DNA of 41,884 nt from an uncultured bacterium (GTDB lineage Bacteria; Abyssobacteria; SURF-5). The DNA is taken from the NCBI GenBank assembly GCA_964510165.1, contig CAZEBC010000007.1, positions 1 to 41,884 on the forward strand. Reading direction: 5' to 3'. Below, piece by piece: positions 25,707 to 34,528 of this stretch; position 1 is the first letter of the stretch; each line of letters starts with the position of its first letter. The notes below the pieces were generated by a model. That model saw nothing but the letters and a program-made list of their open reading frames with translations, made no database searches and was not told the origin of the DNA. Both the position numbers and the translations under genes were made by a program.

Positions 25707-28079
25707 ATGAACCTCTCCAAGCTTACATCAAGAGCCGGATGGCTCGCATTTCTTCTTCCCAGTGCCGTCTACGTGTTCACCCTGTGCCCAACCGTTTATT
25801 GGGACGACTCCGGTGAGCTTATAGCTGCCGCATACACTCTCGGCATTCCGCATCCACCCGGGCATCCTCTATACGCGATTCTGGGGAAGCTGTTTACGTT
25901 CATCCCATTTGGCTCAATCGCATGGCGCGTCAACTTCATGTCGGCGTTCTTCGGGGCGCTGGCCTCTCTGCTTGTTTACAGGATAATTGCCGAACTGCTC
26001 GAGGAAAGCTCGGTCAGGCCGCTGGCCGCGCTCTGCGGGGCGCTTTTTTTCGCTTTTGCCCCGACCATGTGGGACCAGGCGACGGTAGCTGAGACCTCGA
26101 CGCTTCATGTGTTCTTCATGATGCTGCTGACTTGGCTCTCTCTTCGCATCACATCACGCAAGACGATTGGGAAGAATGAAACTGGGTGGCTTTGCCTGTT
26201 CAGTTTCCTTTATGGGCTGAGCCTGACCAATCATGTGGCTGGAGTACTATTCATTCCCGCGTTCCTGTACGTCTTCCTTATGGGTTTGGGGAAGCGGCTG
26301 TTCGTGCCGTCGCTGTTGGGCAAGATGTTAGCTGCTTTTTGCGTCGGGCTGACTGTGTATGCGTATCTGCCTATCAGGTCCCTTGCCGACCCTGCAATAG
26401 ACTGGGGCAACCCCGAGACATTTGAGAATTTCCTTTGGGTGATAACCGCCAGGCAGTTTTCGCCAAACATCAGCAAAACCCATAACATCTATGCCATAGC
26501 GGCGCATCTGTATGTCAGGGGAAGAGACCTCTTGGGGGATTTCACGATTTTGGGTTGTGTGTTGGGCCTCATTGGGGCCGTTCAACTCTTCAGAAGACAG
26601 CCCCGATTTCTCGCATTCAGCCTGATTGTTATCGCTGAACTCGTCTATGTTAGCTTCAATCCCGCGTTTATTTCGGCGTATCTGATTCCTGCGATTGCTT
26701 TTCTGGGCGTCTGGATCGGAGCCGGAGTTCACGCGGTGGCTCAGTCTCTGGAAACGATTCCCGCCTTTCCCGGCAGGATTGTGGCGAGACAGACGCTGTG
26801 CACGGCGCTCGCCGTGAGTTTTGTACTGCCTCTGGGCATTCATTTCAGCGACATGGACCGAAGCAACGATCTGTATGCACTGCAATATGGTGAGCAAGTA
26901 ATGGCGGGTTTACCGGAGGGTTCGGCATTCTTCACGACCGATGGATATGCACTGTTTATCCTCTGGTATCTGAAGTATTGCGAGAACAGGCGGGCCGACC
27001 TCATGGTGATAGAGCCGACATGGCTCTCGGCAGACAATCCTTTGCGGGAGCAAACATTGCAGCAATATCCCGATCTGGCGTCTCCTTCGCACGACGTTCT
27101 CGCCAGGTATCTCGCCGGAGTGAACGATCCGGTGTCGAGGCAGTATCTGGGTATTCAGGCGGTGCTCGACGCAAATCACGAGAGCCGCCCCATATACTGG
27201 GGGATAATCCAGCGGGAGCTTCCGTTCGCGAAGCACCTTACGCCGCAGGGAATGTTGCACCGATACTCGGTCAATACCGTGACACTCACCGAAGAAGTGC
27301 TTGCAAAAAACCGCGAGTTCTGGGAGGCGGAAGCGGCGCGGTTCAAGCGCGACCCGGCAATGGCCAAAGACAAACTGGCCCTTGAAATCTATCCGGTCGA
27401 ACTGAACAATCAGGGACTGATGTTTGATGAATTGGGACACGGCGACCTCGCGAGATGGGCGATCGAGCTCGCGCTCGTATTCAATCCTGATTATCCGGTA
27501 AGCAGGTATAACCTTGGCTGGCTCGAGACGCGAGCGGGGCACTACGAGAAAGCCGTTGAGGAATACAAGTTGGCGATAAAGGGGAATCCATATATGGCGG
27601 TGGCTCATTACGAGCTCGGCAAAGCGTATCGCAATCTGGGTCGTTTGGATGAGGCGTTTCTGTCGTTTCGGAAGGCGACCCAAATGCACCCCGACTATTA
27701 CGAGGCCATTACCGCTCTGGGGCAATTGTATGCGCGTGTCGGACAGCATGAGGATGCAGTGGAGAGGTTTGAGAGGGCTCTTTCGATCAATCCCTCGTAT
27801 CCGTTTGCTCTCAGAGGCCTGGCCTCGGCCTATCTCGAACTGGATCGCCTGGTCGAGGCGCGCGACACGCTCGAGCGCGCGCTCCGGTTTGAGCCCGAAT
27901 CGGCGGCGGCGCTGTTTGCCCTCGCGAAATATGGTGTTCGCACGGATGATGAGCGAACTGCCAGAGAGGCGTTAGAAAGGTCGTTGGAAATCGGAGGCGC
28001 TGATTTCCTTGAACAGGCGCTCATGGATAAGGACTTAGAGAAGCTGGCAAGAGAAATCGCCGGAGGCGAGCAAATATGA
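25707..28079 (+). CDS. DUF2723/TMEM260-like GT-C glycosyltransferase with C-terminal TPRs (copy 1)
   Basis: PTVYWDDSGEL, LGIPHPPGHPLY, GLSLTNH, YLPIRS..P.IDWGNP, about 10-11 TM segments and a TPR tail. Confidence 0.88.
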   Translation: MNLSKLTSRAGWLAFLLPSAVYVFTLCPTVYWDDSGELIAAAYTLGIPHPPGHPLYAILGKLFTFIPFGSIAWRVNFMSAFFGALASLLVYRIIAELLEESSVRPLAALCGALFFAFAPTMWDQATVAETSTLHVFFMMLLTWLSLRITSRKTIGKNETGWLCLFSFLYGLSLTNHVAGVLFIPAFLYVFLMGLGKRLFVPSLLGKMLAAFCVGLTVYAYLPIRSLADPAIDWGNPETFENFLWVITARQFSPNISKTHNIYAIAAHLYVRGRDLLGDFTILGCVLGLIGAVQLFRRQPRFLAFSLIVIAELVYVSFNPAFISAYLIPAIAFLGVWIGAGVHAVAQSLETIPAFPGRIVARQTLCTALAVSFVLPLGIHFSDMDRSNDLYALQYGEQVMAGLPEGSAFFTTDGYALFILWYLKYCENRRADLMVIEPTWLSADNPLREQTLQQYPDLASPSHDVLARYLAGVNDPVSRQYLGIQAVLDANHESRPIYWGIIQRELPFAKHLTPQGMLHRYSVNTVTLTEEVLAKNREFWEAEAARFKRDPAMAKDKLALEIYPVELNNQGLMFDELGHGDLARWAIELALVFNPDYPVSRYNLGWLETRAGHYEKAVEEYKLAIKGNPYMAVAHYELGKAYRNLGRLDEAFLSFRKATQMHPDYYEAITALGQLYARVGQHEDAVERFERALSINPSYPFALRGLASAYLELDRLVEARDTLERALRFEPESAAALFALAKYGVRTDDERTAREALERSLEIGGADFLEQALMDKDLEKLAREIAGGEQI

Positions 28080-30457
28080 GTTCAGACCGGCGCCTTCGCT
28101 TTTGCATTCCGGTTGCGCTATTCAGCCTTGTTCTGGTCGTCTATGCAAGCACCTTATGTCCGACCGTCTATTGGGAAGACGCGGGCGAACTCATCACCGT
28201 ATCCCACGTGCTCGGCATCGCACATCCTCCGGGACATCCACTCTATGCGATTCTCGGCCACCTCTTCACGCTGGTCCCATTCGGGACGATAGCGGCGCGT
28301 GTGAATTTGATGTCGGCCTTTTTCGGAGCGGTTGCTGCGGCTCTGGTGTATCCCGCAGTTCTGGCACTTCGTAGGAAGGATGGGAATCCCCTTGTCGCCC
28401 ACTGTTCGGCGGTCACCGCCGCTCTCTGCGCAGCATTCGGGTTGTCTCTGTGGGATCAATCCGTGGTGGCGGAGACCTCGACTCTCCACGCTTTTTTCTT
28501 CATGTCCCTGGTTCTCGTTTTTCTCACCGTGATACGCGCCCCAAAAGACCGATCATTTACTCATCGCCTCTGGCTGTTCAGCTTATTGTTCGGATTGAGT
28601 TTGACAAACCACGTCGCGGGCGTTTTCGTAACTCCCGCATTTGCGCTGTGGGCTGTTATCAAGGCAGGTCGGAGGCTCCTCAAGTGGGAGAACATGGTAG
28701 GGTCAGTGGTCTTCTTTGCGTTCGGATTGAGCGTATATCTTTACCTACCGATCCGGTCGGCACAGGACCCCCTGATCGATTGGGGTAATCCCGAGAGCCT
28801 TGCCAATTTCTGGTGGGTGGTGAGCGCCGCGCAGTTCCGGGACAACGTGCTCGACGCGCCCGCGACCGTAGAGATGCTGGAGGCAGCCATTCGGCGACTC
28901 TCCGACATTTGCGAGAATTATTTGGCAATCGGGGTCGCGCTCATTGTCCTCGGAGCATGGGACTCGTTTCGGCGACGCAAGGACTTTCTTCTCTTTGCCG
29001 CGGTTGTCATTGGTACGCTGTTTGCGGTCACGTTGAATCCCTCCTTCATTTTGGCCTATTTCATTCCTGCGTTGCTGCTGCTCGCGATGTTCCTTGGGTT
29101 CGGCGCGAACATGGCGGCACACGCAATATTGAACATGTTCAGGACTCCGGCGTCAAAGCGTGTCGCAGTGATCTGCTCGTGCGCGGTTCTGCTGCTTCTG
29201 CCAGCCATTCCCTTGGCGAGACATTACCCGATGAATGATAAGAGCCGTTACCACCACGCGCGCGACTACGGCGTGACTATTCTGGAGGCGCTGCCGCCGA
29301 ACGCGGCATTCTTTACAATTGACCTCAATGCCGTATTCACGCTCTGGTACCTGATCTATTGCGAAGGGATGAGGCCGGACGTGATAGTGGTCGAGCCGAC
29401 TTGGCTTACGAATTCCGACCAGATGCGCGAGGAACTGCTGGCGAGATATCCGGACCTGCTCATGCCGGAAATTGGCGAGAGAGCGGTTCCCGGCGAGCTT
29501 TTGGGCGACTCCCCGATGTATGACCGGGACCTGCTGTTTTCCATCCTTCGAAAGAACGCCGAGATCCGGCCGGTTTACTGGGGGGCGACGCCGGTCGTTC
29601 CGTCGCTCCGGCCTCGTGGATTGGTGTACGAATTGGTCGCGGTCACAGAAGACCCGATGGCCGAAGATGCGCTCAGGGAGAATGCTGCGTTCTGGGAAGA
29701 CATGACGAAGCGCTTTCGGAACGGTCAAGGTGGGCTGAGCGCTGACCGGGTCGCTTCGCAAATCTATCCCGAGAATCTCAGGCACCAGGGGCAGTATTTC
29801 AAGAATATGGGACGAACGGACCTGGCGCGCTGGGCTTTCGAGCTTTCGAGCACGATGAACCCGAGCTACGCGCCCGCCTTTCTCGACCTTGGCGAACTCT
29901 ATAAAGAGGAAGGGGACTTCGAGACGGCGTTCCGGCACCTGCAGAATGCCGCCAACCTCGACTACCGTGTGAAGGACCGGGCATCTTACCACAAGGGCCA
30001 GATCTTTTATGAAATCGGAGAATACGATCGGGCAATGGCGGAGTTCGTGAAAGTTGTCCGGCGCAGACCGAACTATCCGAATGTGCATAACATGATCGGT
30101 TCGATATGCCTTGTCCGCGGTGACCCGGTGAAGGCTGAGGCGGAATTCCAGGAGGAAATCAAGCGCAACCCTTCCACGCCCGCCGCGTATTCGAATCTGG
30201 CGCAGATCATGATTCAGAAAGGAAATCTGGAAGAGGCAGAGCGTCTGCTTGAGGCAGGAATTGATGCGGATGCCAGCATGTGGCAGAACCTCTATTTCCT
30301 TGCCCAAGTTAATGTGCTCAAGGGGAGGCCGGACGCCGCACAACTCCACCTCAGGAGCGCGCTTGCCCGTGGCGGCGAACGGGTGAGGCAGATGTCAAAG
30401 AATGAAAGACTATTCGACGATATTCTACCCGAGGCAATGGAAGGAGTTGGTGAATAG
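28076..30457 (+). CDS. DUF2723/TMEM260-like GT-C glycosyltransferase with C-terminal TPRs (copy 2)
   Basis: PTVYWEDAGEL, LGIAHPPGHPLY, GLSLTNH, YLPIRS..P.IDWGNP, TPR tail; ATGA overlap with copy 1. Confidence 0.88.
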   Translation: MSSDRRLRFCIPVALFSLVLVVYASTLCPTVYWEDAGELITVSHVLGIAHPPGHPLYAILGHLFTLVPFGTIAARVNLMSAFFGAVAAALVYPAVLALRRKDGNPLVAHCSAVTAALCAAFGLSLWDQSVVAETSTLHAFFFMSLVLVFLTVIRAPKDRSFTHRLWLFSLLFGLSLTNHVAGVFVTPAFALWAVIKAGRRLLKWENMVGSVVFFAFGLSVYLYLPIRSAQDPLIDWGNPESLANFWWVVSAAQFRDNVLDAPATVEMLEAAIRRLSDICENYLAIGVALIVLGAWDSFRRRKDFLLFAAVVIGTLFAVTLNPSFILAYFIPALLLLAMFLGFGANMAAHAILNMFRTPASKRVAVICSCAVLLLLPAIPLARHYPMNDKSRYHHARDYGVTILEALPPNAAFFTIDLNAVFTLWYLIYCEGMRPDVIVVEPTWLTNSDQMREELLARYPDLLMPEIGERAVPGELLGDSPMYDRDLLFSILRKNAEIRPVYWGATPVVPSLRPRGLVYELVAVTEDPMAEDALRENAAFWEDMTKRFRNGQGGLSADRVASQIYPENLRHQGQYFKNMGRTDLARWAFELSSTMNPSYAPAFLDLGELYKEEGDFETAFRHLQNAANLDYRVKDRASYHKGQIFYEIGEYDRAMAEFVKVVRRRPNYPNVHNMIGSICLVRGDPVKAEAEFQEEIKRNPSTPAAYSNLAQIMIQKGNLEEAERLLEAGIDADASMWQNLYFLAQVNVLKGRPDAAQLHLRSALARGGERVRQMSKNERLFDDILPEAMEGVGE

Positions 30458-32848
30458 ATGCGAGAAAACGGGGCCGGCCGCCTGCTCTTTCCGGGGATTG
30501 TGTTTTTCGTCTCCTTTGCCGTATATATCTATACCCTGTGTCCGACTGTGTACTGGGACGACGCCGGTGAGTTGATAGCGGCATGCTACACGCTCGGCAT
30601 CCCACATCCGCCGGGCCATCCCTTGTATGCGATCCTCGGATGGCTTTTCACGCTTCTGCCGGTCGGTTCGCCCGCATACCGTGTGAATCTGATGTCGGCG
30701 TTTTTTGGCGCGCTGAGCTGCTCGGTCCTTCTTGTGATTGTGAAGGACATGGTGAAGCGGGATGAGGCGGTCAGCCGTTTCGCAAATCTCGCGGGCATCA
30801 CGGCGGCGTTGAGCGCGGCCTTTTCATTGATCCTGTGGGACCAATCGGTCGTTGCCGAGACGACAACGCTGCACTCGTTTTTCATGCTGATAGTGACAAT
30901 GATTGTCTTTCGAATTGACGCCGCTGGCCCCACCGATATCCGGCTGTCAAAGGGACTGCTCTTGCTCAGTTTCGTGTATGGCCTGAGTTTCACGAACCAT
31001 GTGGCGGGGTTGTTCTTTGCGCCCTCAGTCGGCTTCGTGCTTCTGTACCGGATTCGAAGGGACCTTTTCAATCCGGGCAGGCTGGCGGCGATGGCGCTGC
31101 TGTTCGCCCTTGGGCTTTGCGTGTATGTGTATCTGCCGCTTCGGTCGCGATACGATCCGGCCATCGACTGGGGAAATCCGGAAACCCTGAGGAATTTCTT
31201 GTGGGTCGTTACGGCGAGGCAGTACAGTTCCAACCTGGTGCGGATACCATCGGCGCAGGCGGTTGTGCTGGGGTTCGTCAACCTGGCAAAGGTATTCGTG
31301 TCGAATCTCACTCCTCTCGGAGTGGGACTTGCGGTATATGGCGCCGCGAGGTTGTGGAAGACAAGAAAAGCGGTTGTGATCTACGGGCTTCTGGTCATTG
31401 CAATCCTGTTTCCTGTCAGTTTGAACAACGCCTTCATCTTCGTCTATTTGCTGCCGGCGACTTTGCTTGCGACTGTCTGGTCTGGCTATGGCGTTGCCTG
31501 CGTTTGCGAAAGGGGCATGCGCACGGCGTCTGAGTCCGTGGGCGTCAGAAAACCTCTATTCGAGTGGAGTCCAAAACTCTTGGCCATAAGCCTCGTGCTG
31601 CTGTTGTTTGGGACTCATCTCGATGAGAACAACAAGCGCAGATACTGGCACGCCTATGAATACGGCATCTCCCTTCTTTCGAAACTGCCCGAGAACGCCC
31701 TCCTCATAACCGGCTCGGCAGACCCGCTCTTTATAAGTTGGTACCTTCAATATTGCGAGAATTACCGTACAGACATAAAGGTGATCACGCGGAACGGCCT
31801 CGTGAGGCCCGGCTACCTCGAGCAAGTGCGACTTCGACATCCCGAGCTGAATGTCCCACGCGAGTTCCAATACGAGGAGGACCAGGGGGTACGTCCGGGG
31901 CGCATCCATGAACGAGGAGATGGCCTTCCATGGTATGCGAATTCATACTTCAAATCTCTCTATGATCTGAACGTTGCCGCCTATCCGGTATTCTGGGAGG
32001 GAATTGAGTCGAATCAGCTGCTGATTGAACGGTTCGTCCCTTATGAATTAGTGTTTCAAATCGCCCCGCCAGGGGGAGAGCGGCCATATGCGCGATTCGT
32101 GAACCTCGCGGAGGTGAGGGCGCGTATCGGCGACGACCGCGCGACGCGAAAAGTCTACGGCAATCATATCTTCAACTACGGCCTGCTCTGTCAATTGCGC
32201 GCCGACAGCGTCAACGCGGAACGCTGGTATTCAGAAGCAGTGGCGCTCAATCCCGACGATTCACGCGCGCTGAACAATCTCGGGACGATATTGAGCGAAC
32301 TCGGCCGAGACGACGAGGCATTCGAGAGGTTCTCGGCGGCGTTGCGCGTGAATCCGAACGACGCAACGTCGAACCACAATGTCGGACAAGCGCTTCTCAA
32401 TCGGGGCGAATTCAGAAAAGCCATTCGATATTTCAGGCGAACCATGGCACTTGATCCAGGCGGATTCGAAGATTATTACAGTCTTGCACTTTGTTATGGG
32501 GAGACCGGCGAGTACAAGCGCGCTATCCGGATGTTTAAGTATGCCCTGGAGCTGAAACCAGATTCCCCCGAAGCTCTTTCGTCGCTGGGAGTGATTTACC
32601 TCCGTGTCGGCGAGACGGAAAACGCCGAAAAGTTACTGAAAGCGGCAACCGACCTGGAGCCTCATAATGCGGAAAACTGGTATAACTTCGCGTGCCTGCA
32701 TGTCACGAAGGGCGACACGGCTCTGGCAGGCGACAGTCTTTCAAGAGCTCTAACACTTGATCGTCAAGCCACTTATGCGCTTGCTGCGAAGGATTCGCGC
32801 ATGGCCTCGCTGCTCTCTTCCCTCTCGGAAGTCCCGGCCACAAAATAA
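30458..32848 (+). CDS. DUF2723/TMEM260-like GT-C glycosyltransferase with C-terminal TPRs (copy 3)
   Basis: PTVYWDDAGEL, LGIPHPPGHPLY, GLSFTNH, YLPLRS..PAIDWGNP and a TPR tail; abuts copy 2. Confidence 0.88.
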   Translation: MRENGAGRLLFPGIVFFVSFAVYIYTLCPTVYWDDAGELIAACYTLGIPHPPGHPLYAILGWLFTLLPVGSPAYRVNLMSAFFGALSCSVLLVIVKDMVKRDEAVSRFANLAGITAALSAAFSLILWDQSVVAETTTLHSFFMLIVTMIVFRIDAAGPTDIRLSKGLLLLSFVYGLSFTNHVAGLFFAPSVGFVLLYRIRRDLFNPGRLAAMALLFALGLCVYVYLPLRSRYDPAIDWGNPETLRNFLWVVTARQYSSNLVRIPSAQAVVLGFVNLAKVFVSNLTPLGVGLAVYGAARLWKTRKAVVIYGLLVIAILFPVSLNNAFIFVYLLPATLLATVWSGYGVACVCERGMRTASESVGVRKPLFEWSPKLLAISLVLLLFGTHLDENNKRRYWHAYEYGISLLSKLPENALLITGSADPLFISWYLQYCENYRTDIKVITRNGLVRPGYLEQVRLRHPELNVPREFQYEEDQGVRPGRIHERGDGLPWYANSYFKSLYDLNVAAYPVFWEGIESNQLLIERFVPYELVFQIAPPGGERPYARFVNLAEVRARIGDDRATRKVYGNHIFNYGLLCQLRADSVNAERWYSEAVALNPDDSRALNNLGTILSELGRDDEAFERFSAALRVNPNDATSNHNVGQALLNRGEFRKAIRYFRRTMALDPGGFEDYYSLALCYGETGEYKRAIRMFKYALELKPDSPEALSSLGVIYLRVGETENAEKLLKAATDLEPHNAENWYNFACLHVTKGDTALAGDSLSRALTLDRQATYALAAKDSRMASLLSSLSEVPATK

Positions 32849-32849
32849 A

Positions 32850-32866
32850 CTGGTACAGTTCTTGCC
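32850..32866 (+). promoter_or_regulatory. sigma54 promoter of pilin 1
   Basis: CTGGTAC-AGTTC-TTGCC with correct GG-N10-GC spacing, about 50 nt upstream of the ATG at 32918. Confidence 0.65.
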
Positions 32867-32917
32867 CCGTGAACAGAAAGAAACCGCCACTTGGGCCGCG
32901 CTACTTGCGAAAGAGTT

Positions 32918-33424
32918 ATGCGACGAAGGAATGCATTCACCCTGATCGAACTCATGATAGTCACCGCTATCATAGGCATAATTGCAGCCGTGGCGGTCCC
33001 GCTTCTCCTTCGTTCCAGGCTGGCAAGCAATGAGGCGAGCGCGATAGGCTCCTTGAAAGCGCTTTGCGGCGCGCAGGTGACCTTCCAGAACGCCCGCGTC
33101 CGCGACGCCGATGGCGACGCTATCGGAGAATTCGGCTCATTCTCGCAGCTAAGCAATGCAACCCCGGCTTTCATTGATGAGGTGTTGGGCGCCTCCAAGA
33201 AATCGGGCTATTTCTTCCTCGTGACCACTACTGGGGTGGCCAACAGTGATGAGTGCTTCTGGCAGGCGACGGCGTATCCTATCCTTCGAGGGTTGACCGG
33301 GACAAGGACCTTTTACATCGACCAGAATGGGATTCTCAGAGGCAAGGACGTAGGCGGTCTGCCCGCGACTCGCGCAATGGCCGATCCAGCGGCTGGCGGC
33401 AATTTTCCGCCTGTTTCGGGGTGA
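32918..33424 (+). CDS. Type IV prepilin (second or minor paralogue)
   Basis: MRRRNA|FTLIELMIVTAIIGIIAAVAVP class III signal peptide with E5; collinear with the downstream pilin. Confidence 0.9.
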   Translation: MRRRNAFTLIELMIVTAIIGIIAAVAVPLLLRSRLASNEASAIGSLKALCGAQVTFQNARVRDADGDAIGEFGSFSQLSNATPAFIDEVLGASKKSGYFFLVTTTGVANSDECFWQATAYPILRGLTGTRTFYIDQNGILRGKDVGGLPATRAMADPAAGGNFPPVSG

Positions 33425-33599
33425 CGCCGCAAATCGGCGGAATGCGACAATTCTCGGCGCTGACGATTGTGGAGCGAAAAGAAGCGATGACGGCGACGAT
33501 GACAAAGTGCGGAACCGATGGGGCTGAAATGCGCCCATTTTACTGGGAAATTTGGAGGTCGCCCAATCTGCGCCGCAAAATGCGGGCGCCAAGAAATGA

Positions 33600-33616
33600 T
33601 TGGTATGCGAATTGCT
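33600..33616 (+). promoter_or_regulatory. sigma54 promoter of the major pilin
   Basis: TTGGTAT-GCGAA-TTGCT; PilR/sigma54 control of pilA is established in Pseudomonas, Myxococcus and Geobacter. Confidence 0.8.
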
Positions 33617-33738
33617 CTCTACCCAATGCAACAAACAATGACCTTTTCGAAGGCAGGAGGTGAGACAGAGCCCGTAGAGAGAGTCGAGGTTGAGCCGAAT
33701 CCAAAGATGCACTCATCGTATCCAAAAAGGAGGAAAAC

Positions 33739-34245
33739 ATGAAAGGCAACAAAGGCTTTACCCTTATCGAGTTGATGATCGTTGTTGCGATCATCGCAAT
33801 CATCGCGGCCATCGCGATACCGAACCTGCTGCGTGCGCGTTTGGCCTCGAACGAAACCTCAGCCATCGGTTCCTTGAGGACCATTGCAAGCGCGCAGAGC
33901 ACCTTCCAGTCGTCTCAGGGCATCGATCAGGACTCTGACGGCATCGGCGAGTACGCAGATCTGGTATTGCTTTCCAACGGTACCCCGCCGTACATTGACG
34001 AGACGTTGGGTGGCGGCCAGAAGTCCGGTTACTTCTTCGTGATCACCACGACCGGCAACAACGACACCGACGAAGTCATATGGTATGCGGAAGCCTACCC
34101 GGTTTCGTATCAGAGCAGCGGAAACCGGTCCTTCTACGTTGACGAATCCGGCGTCGTGCGCGCTTCGGATAATGGCGGCGTCCAGATAGGCGCCCACGTC
34201 GTTCCCGGCGCCATCCCCGCTGGTCTTCTCCCCGTCGGTGGTTGA
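33739..34245 (+). CDS. pilA: Type IVa major pilin
   Basis: MKGNKG|FTLIELMIVVAIIAIIAAIAIP; strong AAGGAGG RBS, own sigma54 promoter and terminator. Confidence 0.88.
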   Translation: MKGNKGFTLIELMIVVAIIAIIAAIAIPNLLRARLASNETSAIGSLRTIASAQSTFQSSQGIDQDSDGIGEYADLVLLSNGTPPYIDETLGGGQKSGYFFVITTTGNNDTDEVIWYAEAYPVSYQSSGNRSFYVDESGVVRASDNGGVQIGAHVVPGAIPAGLLPVGG

Positions 34246-34290
34246 TAGGAACGTGTGTTAGCCACTGGCAGGAAATGTTCAACCAAAGGG

Positions 34291-34330
34291 AACGGGCCGG
34301 CATTCCCCAAAGGAATGCCGGCCTCGTTTT
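34291..34330 (+). terminator. Rho-independent terminator after pilA
   Basis: GGCCGGCATTCC-CCAAA-GGAATGCCGGCC 12-bp stem followed by TCGTTTT. Confidence 0.85.
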
Positions 34331-34528
34331 AAGAGCAGTTAACACTTCTCAGTTGCTTTTTGCGGCGGTTTATGCGACTATTAGGCTTATCGGCTCGCAC
34401 ACGGCTGCATTGCTGACTGAGCGGTATGACAGGGTAATAGATAGATTCGGGCGCAGTCACGCCAAGGCGTGTGACGCTCCTGCAGACAGAGCGGGCGTTC
34501 TGAGGGAGAGGTAGATCCGAATAGACAC

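Noticed and set aside
25707-32848. Assembly artefact producing three DUF2723 copies
   Set aside because: The copies share motifs but are strongly diverged in DNA and protein sequence, especially in the C-terminal halves, so they are genuine paralogues.
33518-33742. Upstream ORF ending in an ATGA overlap with pilA, and an extra AGGAGGTGA in the leader
   Set aside because: The ORF spans the sigma54 promoter, lacks a suitably placed RBS and has no recognisable features; probably incidental.
33739-34245. Electrically conductive (Geobacter-type) e-pilin
   Set aside because: Full-length globular pilin with no aromatic residue between F1 and F50 of the mature chain.
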